A DNA stretch of 64,000 nt, from contig NC_085846.1 in assembly GCF_035594765.1 (NCBI RefSeq), forward strand, positions 9,411,190 to 9,475,189, written 5' to 3'. This stretch comes from Anolis carolinensis. Lineage: Eukaryota. Of the stretch, positions 1-10,400 are shown piece after piece. The notes under the pieces are model-generated. The model made no database searches, was not told the origin of the DNA, and saw nothing but the letters and a program-made list of their open reading frames with translations. The position numbers were made by a program, and so were the translations under genes. Each line of letters starts with the position of its first letter. The first letter of the stretch is position 1.

Positions 1-541
1 TCTACCAAAAAAGTAAAGGCTTGAGAAAGGGGCTTTTAATGACAAGGTGCTGTATTTCTTCTTGACATCGGTTTAAACTGTTTTTAATTCAATAGTACTT
101 TAATATCCAATGCAGTCCTTGGTATTTTGACAAGCCCACAATCCTCCAGTGCCCTCATTTTTTTTAATTAAAAACATTTTGCGCTTCAAATTAGTTAAAT
201 ATACCAAGAGGCTGTTCCTCCTTAATTTAGAAGAGAATCACCCCCAGTAATCAGAAATACAGAGGAAGTGGCATGGTGCCATTTCCTTCACCAAAATAGT
301 ACTCATAATGGTGTACCTACCAGCTTTTAGAGCTGTAAAAGAACTAAATATGGACAAAGCAGGCTCTCTAAGCTTTAGAATATGCCTAATTCTAGAAGCT
401 ATATGTGATATCTCTCTTCCTCCAAGTTCTCTTGGGAATTAATAGTTTTGCAGAAATGTTTCAGTGCTTTGGTCCCAGGCTTTCTAGGAAGGCTCAACCA
501 GTTGTTAAAGTTTGATCCTAGGAAGCAAAGGTTAATTATTG

Positions 542-935
542 TCATAGAATCATAAAGTTGAAAAAGACCACGAGGGCCATCCAATGCAACCCCATTCGGC
601 CATGTAGGAATAAACAATGAAAACAGTTCTGACAGATGGCCATCCAGTATCTGCTTAAAAACCTCCAGAGAAACAGACTCCACCAGATTCCCAAGCAGCA
701 TATGTCATTGCTATTACCATCAGGACGTTCTTCCTAATGTCTTAAGTGGAATCTCTTTTCCTGCAATTTGAATCTACTGCTCCATGTCCTAGTCTCCAGA
801 GCAGCAGAAAACACGCTTGCTCCCTCATCAGTATAACATCCTTTCATATATTGAAATATGATTCTCTCCTCTCAGCTTTCTCTTCTCCAAGCTAAACATA
901 TGCAGGTCCCTAAGTTGCTTCTCATTGGCTTGGCC
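542..935 (-). mobile_element. CR1 LINE 3' fragment
   Basis: Begins with the reverse complement of the CR1 (ATTCTATG)n tail (catagaatcat); minus ORF has CR1 ORF2 C-terminal SLEVFKQILDGHLS. Confidence 0.85.
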
Positions 936-991
936 TCCTTTTGAATGATGTCCCAATCCATTGTTTTATATGTCCCTTCTTTTTCCAAAAG

Positions 992-1450
992 CTCAATCTT
1001 GGCAGCTATGTGTGGAGCAGCAGCAACCAGGCACGACGTCGCCGCCTGCCCCTTGAGGGCTCCATGCCTGGGGTCTCAGGGGGCCAAGTCAAGCTTCAGG
1101 ACTTCCTGGGACGTGACATACCAGCCCAGCTCGTCGGGGTAGGACCCCTCTCCTTCTGGAACCAGTACACAGCCTTCCTCTCTGGAGGCCTCCCGACCAA
1201 GCCGGCCCATATGGGTTCTTCTCCCTCTCCTTCCTCCTCCTCTGCTGCTTCCCCCTCCTCCTCTTCCTCAGCTTCCAACCTGGTCACCCAGAGCCTCTTT
1301 GGGTCAGGCAGCACATCTGTGAAGACGGGCTCCAGCGAGGTGAAGGAAAAACCACCCGTAGGGTCTCTATTGCTGCTCCCTCCACCGCCGCCGCCGCCAG
1401 CCCCACCTCCGGAAGTCGTCCCTGAGAGCCAAGGGAAGGGGGAGCAGTAA
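992..1450 (+). CDS. SALL2: Spalt-like transcription factor, last coding exon
   Basis: Acceptor ttttccaaaag|CTC; peptide LNLGSYVWSSSNQARRRRLPLEG...SFWNQYTAFLSGGL matches the SALL-family C-terminal exon (SALL1 VHMGTHMW..ARRGRRLS..SFWNQYAAAL); TAA at 1448-1450; paralog assigned by synteny with METTL3. Confidence 0.8.
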   Translation, partial: LNLGSYVWSSSNQARRRRLPLEGSMPGVSGGQVKLQDFLGRDIPAQLVGVGPLSFWNQYTAFLSGGLPTKPAHMGSSPSPSSSSAASPSSSSSASNLVTQSLFGSGSTSVKTGSSEVKEKPPVGSLLLLPPPPPPPAPPPEVVPESQGKGEQ

Positions 1451-1519
1451 CCTGACTGTGAAAATAGCTTCCTTGTCAGGTAAGAGATCCAGGGGACGCT
1501 ATTATACTATTCCAAACTC

Positions 1520-2243
1520 TGCTCATGTTATATACCTAAACTAGGGCAGCACTGGGCAATCCGTAGTCGTCTAGATGTTCCTGAACTCTGATCACTCCCT
1601 ACTGGCCCTATTGCTGGTTGCTCTCCAGTAATACCTGCCCATGTTTTGATTAAACTAAACCAAAGGTGGACCACCAGAGTCCTCATTGACTCTGTTGTTG
1701 GTTTTCATCCAGTGATGCCTTCCCATATTATTTGACTGGACCCCTAACTCTCAGAAGCCCTAGCCAACTTTTTCAGTGGTCAGTAATTTTGGGAGTTGTA
1801 GGTCCAAAAACTCTCAGAGTTCTAGATGTTCCTGAACTTCTCTGATTGCTCCCATTGGCTCTGTTGCTGGTTGCCATAAAATATTACCATGTTATATGAC
1901 TAAACTAAGCCAATGGTGAACTACCTGTGGTCCTCTAGACCAGTGTTTCTGAAACCTCTCCTCCGCGTATTTTAGACTTTAGCTTCCAATTCCTAACAGC
2001 TTGTAAGCTGGCTGGGATTTCTGGGAGTTAGAAGTCCAAACACCTGGAGGAGCACAGTTTGAGAAACAATGCTCTAGATCTTCCTGAAATCCTCTGATAG
2101 CATGTCATTGGTTCTGTTGCTGGTTGGTATCCAGTAAACCGCCCATGTTATATGAATAAGTGAGGTCAGTGGTGGTCTTCTAGGTGTTCTTGCACTCCCT
2201 TGATCACTCCCCATTGGTTGTGTTCCTGATTGCCTTCCAGTAG
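1520..2243. repeat. Degenerate ~115-bp tandem repeat (about 4 units)
   Basis: Recurring catgttata..taaact..tctagatgttcctgaact..tgatcactccc..tgttgctggttg. Confidence 0.65.
1941..2071. mobile_element. hAT MITE
   Basis: CAGTGTTTCT...AGAAACAATG termini; 8-bp TSD ctctagac/ctctagat. Confidence 0.8.
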
Positions 2244-2251
2244 AGGGCTAC

Positions 2252-2355
2252 CTTGAAGGAACTGGGGGTGGCAGTGGCTGACAGGGAACTTTGGCATGGG
2301 TTGGTCCATGAGGTCATGAAGAGTTGGAAGTGACTGAACGAATAAACAACAACAA
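2252..2355 (+). mobile_element. Bov-B/RTE LINE 3' end
   Basis: ggtccatgaggtcatgaagagttgg...(aac)n tail; exact TSD agggctac at 2244-2251 and 2356-2363. Confidence 0.8.
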
Positions 2356-3438
2356 AGGGCTACAACTTGCCCAACCCTAGACTAAGCCAGTGAAGTATGG
2401 ATTTGTATAGCAGAATTTGGTCACTGGCTGTTTTAGTAATTCTGCTCATAATTCAGAATACGGGATGACAAATCATGCTGATACAACTGTAGCATAGGAA
2501 CAGCTTTTGAGCAGAGACACTGGAGGCTATGAGGAGCAAGGCCTGGCTGGATTGCTGTGCATGTTCTATTTTTATCCTGCAAGGCTGTCCAGTTCACCAA
2601 CACTGGTTCCAAAGGAACTTCATCTGAGTAGGCATCCCCTCCAGTCCCAGGGAGGAGAGGATAAATCTGTTGAGCACCCTGTATAGGACTTTTACGCGTG
2701 ATTTCATTTAGCTGCATCTGACAGAATGTGTTCTCTAGGAATTTCAGTGTCCTCCAAATGAAGGTAGCACAGAGTCACCCTGGAGGATCTAGAAAATTCC
2801 TACACACTCCTCTAGGAATGTTTTACATACCCCAGGACACAACTTCTGGTGGAAGTTGTTCATCTCAGTAGAGTTTGCTCTTATTCATGGTTTCCTATTT
2901 CCATGGTTAATTCAGGAACATATCCATCATGGATGTGGGTGTTATAATTATAATTATCTCCTGTGTCCTGACATTTATAGTTTGTTGAGAAACATAGAAT
3001 TCAGAGCTCTGTAACAGAGATTCAAAATCAGACTACAAATCCTAAGACAGAGCCATGGCAGCTGAAGTGTCAGTAAACTATGGAAAATGTGCTTGTGGAT
3101 GCACTTAGAATTGGAGGCATCATTTAGCTATCATTTCTCCCATTAATATGGAAGTTAGATGACGAATGCCGATAATCATATAACCATATAGGGGCCTTGT
3201 CATATGAATGTGAATGATCAAAGTCCAATACTGAGCATGGAAGGGGTTTTTTTTTTTGTAATCAAGCTCTCTGAATCTTCCTCCAATCCACCAGTGGCCA
3301 TTATGTGAGCTATATCCTCTAAAAAGTAATTTTCCCAACCTCAGGTTCTTGTAATTTGACCTAGGTCCTGAACTGTATTTGAATGTGGTTGTTCCATCTT
3401 GTCTAACTTTCTCCCATTTTTCTTTCCTTTTCTTCCAG

Positions 3439-4190
3439 GAGGAACTGTTTTAGTGAAACCAAGGATGGGGGGAAATGATAAAGCCTACACTGGGCCCCGC
3501 AGGAGATGTGACTCCAGTCTAATTGTAGCAGCCTTTTAGTCTTTTAATTTTAATGTAGCTTGGAGGTCTGCCAGCCAGAAGGCAGGATCCTGAGATGGGG
3601 CAAGGGAATATGGCAAACATTCCATGACCTAGGGCAAAGAATGGGGGCTCAATCAACTGTAGAGAAAGATGTCAGGCAGCTCAGTCCAGCAAAGGGAGGG
3701 CAGTTAAAATTTTGAGCTCCCAGCCCACAAATAAATGCAGTTTGACAGAAGGACCATGTCTTGAGCTGTTATTTCTAGCAAGGGACAGATTTGGGATGAA
3801 TGGGATAGCCAACTGATGGGACAATCCCAATACCAAGGGAATTTGGGGAGAAAGGGCCCCATCTTGATTTTCCCAGGTATGGAGAACCTTAGGTCTTCCA
3901 TATGTCAGACTTTAGCTCCTATCGTCCTTTACCTTTGGCTGCCCTTGCTAGAGCTGATGGGAGTTGCAGTTTGAGCACATCTGGAGGGCCATTTTTCCCT
4001 CTGAAAACATATAGCATCCTTTTCATTGATGGAGTGAGTATAAGTTAAACAGAGGGAAATGTCCTATCTCTTGCTTTCAGTAAATAACAGCCATCATCTG
4101 ATTAAAATAATCTTTGTTGTTCAATTGAATGTGGTTTAATCTATTAAATCTGCATATATTTGTATATGAATAAAAATCAGTACACTGAAA
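3439..4190 (+). other. Candidate non-coding terminal (3'UTR) exon of SALL2
   Basis: Long polypyrimidine tract plus CAG acceptor ending 3438; AATAAA at 4169-4174; donor CAG|GTAAGA at 1479/1480. Confidence 0.45.
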
Positions 4191-6321
4191 GAAAAAAATG
4201 CTATTGTTTTCATTGCACTTAGTGTGATGTAGTGGTTTGAGCATTGTGTTACGACTCTGGAGATCAAGGTTAACAAAAAATGAAAGACTACTGGGGTAAC
4301 CTTTGGCAACTCACACTTTCTCAGCCTCAGAAGGCAAAATCAAACCTCTGAAGAAATCCTGCCAAGAAAACCCCATGTTAGGGTTACCTACTACTTTAAG
4401 GCACAGAGCATAGCAGGCGCTGTTTGAAAAGAGGAATTGTCCTTTCCCTTTTATCTATCATTAATACCTCCGACTGTAGAAAAAAATGCAGGATTACTTA
4501 AGAGTAAGCCTTATGGGCTTTTCCTTGGACTTTATTCCCAGTTTGATGTCCTTAGAGTTGCTCTGGAAAACGTAACCTCTTAAAAGGTATGTTTATTCTG
4601 GTAAAGTAAAAAAATTAAAAGTGTAGTTCCACTTTTAGCTGTCTGGTGTCATTTTAACAGCTATGCCTCACAAAACTACAACTCCTGTGATTCCATAGCA
4701 TTGAGCCATGGCAGTTAAAGTGGGACCAAACTTCATTAATTGGGCTTCTCCATAGCTACACTAACATAACTTTCATTTTGGGAAGCCAGAAATAACGGTC
4801 ACCTTTCCATAGGGTTCCCAAGGACTCTGCGTTGGATGTTGTCTCAAAGCTTAGAACTTTGTCTGGCAAAAAATTTAAAAAGATGTAATTCATTTGTAGG
4901 GCTTTTTCTTGTTTCATGAGTTTTCCAATAATAGTTCTGCTCAACTTGCCCAAAATCTGAGAACCCAATTTCTCAGGCAGTTTGAGGGTGGGGAAACTCC
5001 TGAAACAACAAAAAAGCCCTGCAAATGACTTTTTTGCACTGTGCTGTACATGGTTATTTGAGCCAGCATTCATTTCCAAGCAAATATTGTGAGTGCATAT
5101 AAAGTATTTCATGTATAGTATATATAGAAATAGTAAATGACAGCCCTATTCTTGTCTCTGGCATCATCTGGTTTACATTCTTAGATGCTGGGAATTAAAC
5201 TGTTCTCTGATTTCCTCCTTTGTTCCAACAATCATTGACAGAAGCAAGCTGAAATGCGTGATGCTTTTTTCATAAATATCTGCTTTTAATATTTCAGTCA
5301 CTTCCGTTTTGTGATGTCCTTCTGGGATCTAGATTCTGCCTAAAACAATGCTATTGTTGTTTTTTTAAAAAAAAACCCTTCAAATCTGCCAGACTAATAC
5401 AGTATCTTTAAACCCTCCTGAAAAGCTGCCTTCCTAACCCACAGCTAATGCTTTTTGGCAGCTCATCCCACCCACCCTTCCAGCCTGTTTCTCATCAGTT
5501 ACGGATAATGCTATTTTAGTGGCTTAGGCGGGCAGGCCTTCCATTGTCGCTGTTTGGACATGGCAGCCCTCCAAAGAAGAAGGGGCACTTCCGTCTCTGA
5601 GCCTAATCCCTAAGCCACCTCTCCGCTGATTCTCTGCTGTTATTCTTTCAGGCTTTGGGTTATCCCTTAACTACTGTTTTTCATACACACACGCGCGCAC
5701 ACAGCTCAGAGGTATTTTTAAAGGTAAACAGCAGTTTGGTATGGGCAAATTTTGCTTCTAATAACTGATGGCCATGTGTTCTTTTATTCTGGTGTATCAG
5801 ACCCACCCCATTTCCACCAAGCTTGGAGGAATCCATCATCATCGTCATCCATGCTGCTGCTTCTCCTTGTGTTTCTTTGATTCTGAGATGCACATTTTCC
5901 CCATATAATCTCTCTAAAAATGGGGCACACATACACATGTATGTTTTTTTTTCTGTTGGTGGCACTGAAATTAGTGTGAAACTTACAGCCAATAGCATCT
6001 TAAAATCGATAATTATGATAATTATGATAATGATTATTAGACTACAACTTCCAGAATTGCCCAGCTGAAGGATTCAGCAAATTGCTGCTACAAAAAGTAA
6101 TGGTGCCAGCCGGTGGCAAGTCATCAGGAAAGCAAGAACATGTTGTTGAAATAGCAACCAACTGGCAAAATTATAGTATTAGTCCATGGCACATTAGAGT
6201 TAAAGGGCTATTCTTTGGCATCAGCAGACTGACAGTGCATCTACACTGTAGAATTAATGCATTTTACACCATTTAATTGCCATAGCCCAATGCTATGGAA
6301 TCCTGAGATTTGTAGTGAGCA

Positions 6322-6899
6322 GCTGGGCATTATTTCTGGAGTATGGACTGGTTGGATCTTCTTGCCAAGGTCCAAGGCACTCTCGGAACTTTCCTCCAGC
6401 ACCACAGTTCAAAAGCGTCTCTCTTCCTTCGCTCAGCCTTCCTTATGGCCCAGCTCTCACCTCCATAGGTGACTATGGGGAATACCATTGCTATAACTAT
6501 GTGGATCTTTGTTGCCAGTGTGATGTCTCTACTCTTCACCATTTTCATAGAATCATAGAATCATAGAATAGTAGAGTTTTATCGAGGTTGTGTCATTGCT
6601 CTCCTCCCAAGAAGGAAATGTCTTCTGATTTCCTGGCTGCAGTGATCTTCGCGCCTAGAAATATAAAGCCTGTCACTGCCTCCACGTTTTCTCCCTCTAT
6701 TTGCCAGTTATCAATCGGTCTGGTTGCCATCATCTTGGTTTACTTGATGTTTAACTGCAGCCCAGCTTTTGCACTTTCTTCTTTCACCTTGGTTAGAAGG
6801 CTCCTCGCTTTCAGCCATCAAAGTGGTATCATCTGCATATCTAAGATTGTTAATATTTCTTCCAGCAATTTTAACTCCAGCCTTGGATTCATCAAGCCC
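6322..6899 (-). mobile_element. Bov-B (RTE) LINE reverse-transcriptase fragment, decayed
   Basis: Minus frames give GRNINNLRYADDTTLMAESEE and SRDITLATK..AFELWCWR..ARRSNQSIL, with frameshifts. Confidence 0.9.
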
Positions 6900-7099
6900 T
6901 ATAAGGGTGGCCCTTATAGTCTCTTTCAAATCTATAATTCTGTGAAAACCCTATCAAATTAATAGATTATAAGTCTAGTCTTGACTTGAAGGCAAGCCTA
7001 CCGGTAGGAGGATTGAAAAGGAATACCAGGCGCTGCAGGGTATATTTCAGAGGAAACAACTGGCAAAACCACCTTTTGTCTAAGAAAACCCTATAAAAA

Positions 7100-7354
7100 A
7101 CCATGCACCCGTGTGCGAAGGCGCACGCATATGATGCAAAGGCAGAAGGCAACAAGAAAGAAATTGTGCCCGTTTCCAAAATGGCTGCCTGAGCATCAGG
7201 TTCGACGAACAGCCGCTTCCCCTTTGTCTTAGCGGCTGCCCTGTCCCTGGAGAGCTTCAAACCGGAAGTGTGCTCGCATTATCTCAGTCCCCCAGGAAGA
7301 AACTTCCGGTTGTCTAGCTGGAGCCTTTTTCTGGCTTATGTACTGGCCGGGGAG
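7100..7354 (+). promoter_or_regulatory. METTL3 promoter/5'UTR
   Basis: CpG-containing; YY1-like CAAAATGGCTGC 7177-7188; ETS CCGGAAGT ~7262 and ACTTCCGG ~7302. Confidence 0.65.
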
Positions 7355-7448
7355 ATGTCGGACACATGGAGCTCGATCCAGGCTCACAAGAAGCAGCTGG
7401 ACTCGCTGCGGGAGCGGCTGCAGCGGAGACGGAAGCAAGAACCACTGG
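7355..7448 (+). CDS. METTL3: METTL3 exon 1
   Basis: [31 protein letters not shown]; donor G|gtaaaa. Confidence 0.95.
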
Positions 7449-10400
7449 GTAAAATATAACAACAATAATAATAAATAAAGAAGGCCGGAATGGGTTTGTG
7501 GTGGGTTTGAATGGGAAAGTAAAGACCATTTATGGGCTTGTATGTGTGAAAAAGGGGATGGAATGAGAAGGTAAAATGAAGAGGAAAGGAAGATCTGGTG
7601 TTTCCCAAACTCTGTCCTTCCAGGGCTTTGGACACCAGCTCCCAGGATCCCAGATCATTGGCCCAAACAGCAGAGGCTCTGGGAGTTGAAGTCTAAAACT
7701 TCTGAAGGACTAGAATTTGGGAATCACTGGGAAGCAGTGCTCAGAGTGTGTCTACACTGTAGAACAGGCATGGACAAATTTCGTCCCTCCAAGTGTTTTG
7801 GACTTCAGCTCTCACAATTCCCTACAGCAGTAGAATGAATGCAGTTTGACCCCACTTTCTCTACCTTCTCAGTGATATGGAATCTTGGGAGCTGTAGTTT
7901 GGTGAGGCACCAGCACTCTTTGCAGCAGAAGGCCTTGCAAAACTACTACTCCCATACTTCCATAGTAGTGAGCTGTGGCAACTGAAATGGCATCAAACTG
8001 CATTCATTCTACAGTGTAGAATAATGCGCCCTCACTCTGCTGTTTTCCAGCATTCTGGATGGAGACCCCATTTTCAGCAGCAATATACCTGTGCCCAGCA
8101 TGGCGTAGTGGTTTGAGTGTTGGGCAATAACCCTGGAGGCCAACATTTGAATCTCTGCTCAGTCATGGAAACATATTGACTGATCTTGGGTATGTCACAC
8201 TCTCTCAGCTTCAGAGGGAACAAATATTGCCAAGAAAACACAGTGATAGATTGGCCGTAGTGTCTCCATAAGTCAGAAAAGACTTGAAGGCAACAACAAT
8301 GCCTAAACACCCTAAAACAGTGTTTCCCAAACATTAGTCTTCATGCTTAAACTTCAGCTCCCTGAATCCCTGATCATTGTCCAAGGCCACTTGAGGCTTC
8401 TGAGAATTGGAAGTCCAAAGGCAGGAATCACTGCCTTAAAGGAATCACATCCTGTCCAGTCTTGAAAGCTAAGCAGGGCCATCTCTGGATAATACTTGGA
8501 TGGTAGGCTGCCAACCAGGTGCTGTAGTCTGCATTTCAGAGGAAGTTACTCGCAACACCACTCTGAGGATTCCTTGCCTAAAAGGATCCTATGAAATCCC
8601 TGGAGCCACCATAAGTCTGCAAGGCAATGAAGGTACACAGAATCTGAGTTTGGAGAGACTGGCAAAATGGAGATTCATAAAAACTTAAAAAATGTATGCT
8701 GGTTTGATATGAATTTGGTGTTCTAAATCCAAAAATGACCTCAGATTTCCTCCACATTTTTATGTTGTAATATGTGACTAAGATTTCAATGGGGAATGCA
8801 ATATACCAGGGACGGAAACCATGTGGCCCTCTGAATATTGTTGGACTGTCCTTCCCAGTGCAGCCATTGTCTGTGTTGGATGAGGCTGATGGGAATTTCA
8901 ATCGTTGGCCCCTACATGGGTTGAATGCAAAACAAGGCTGAATACCAAGGAAAGATGGAAGTGAGGACAGCAAGTAAAAATGGGAGTGGAGTAAAGGACA
9001 AAATATTTCTTGCAGGGACAGTGCTATTACGTGTCTTCTTCCATACTCCTTCCAGACCTCAGGAATCCAGAGCTGGCCCTCAGCCCTCCTTTCCGCAGTG
9101 ACAGCCCGGTCCCTTCGTCTGTCACACCCAGCACTGCCACCGAATCTGGGGATCTTGTGACAGACCCTGAGCTTGAGAAGAAACTCCTCCATCACCTTTC
9201 AGATCTGGGACTGGCGTTGCCCACAGATGCCTTGTCCATCTGCCTTGCCATTTCAACGGTGAGAACAAGGCAACAACACTGCTTGAGGCCTGTCAGCATC
9301 TTCTCTCACCTACCCATTTTCATCACAGGATGGGCAACCTGAAGTATATTTAGGAGAGACAATTTTGGTCCAGATCCCCACCAAAGATGCAACATTTTAG
9401 GTTATTTGGTTTGTTTATGAAAACCAGAATTGATTTAAAGCCCGCTTCCACTTTTGTGGAGGTTAGGGGTGCAGGACCCATGTGCAAGTGAAAAAAATGC
9501 AAATAAAAGAATCATAAAAGAACACTTCCCTAGGAATCTGTAGGGCCTCTAATATGATTCTGTGTGCAGTGTCACATGAACATAGATCCACATTGGAGTA
9601 CTAGAGATTCCTAAAGAAAAGTTAATAATTGGATCTTCAAAAGTTAAATCCGCAAATGTGACTATAACTTCAAAAGAGGTAAGAATCATGTGATCTTCCA
9701 GATATTGGCTCATCTCACTGGGATGTTGGAAGCTGCAATTCAGACACATTTCTAGGGTAATGAATCCATTTTAGACTTTAGAACAGTGGTATCCAACATT
9801 TGATCCTCCAGGTATTTGAGACTCCCAACTCCCAGAACACCTGGAGGACCAAAGGGTGGACACCACTGGTCTAGAAATTTAAAGGAGTTGTCCAAGGTGC
9901 TGAAGTTATATTATAAGCCTCCAGGCAATTACCGTGCAGCAATGGTTTTTCAGTGGGATAATAAGTAAATTCTGGGGTCCCAAATTAGGCATTCAGGTCA
10001 GCATGTTGGATAGCTTCATGGCATTCTGGACAAAACACATATTGTGCAGCTCCCAGTGACAAAAGGAAGCTCCCACCTATCATTGACTGATGATGTGATT
10101 TCAGATACCCTATTGACTGGCTTATTCTTTTCCCATGCAGCCTGAGGCCCCTGCCACCCAGAGGAGTGTGGAAAGCCTGCTGCAGAAATTTGCTGCCCAG
10201 GAACTGATAGAGGTGAAACGAGGCCTCCTGCAGGAAGATGACCAGCCCATGCTGGTCACCTATGCTGACCACTCTAAACTCTCTGCCATGATGGGTGCAG
10301 TGACTGAGAAGAAGGGAACAGGGGAAGGTGCCGGGGCTGGAGCGGTGAAGAGGAGAGCAGAGCAAGACACCGGAGCCTCCATCTCCACAGCAGGGGCCTC

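Noticed and set aside
8578-9195. 205-aa minus-strand ORF
   Set aside because: Antisense shadow of METTL3 exon 2 running into intronic repeats; no recognisable domain.
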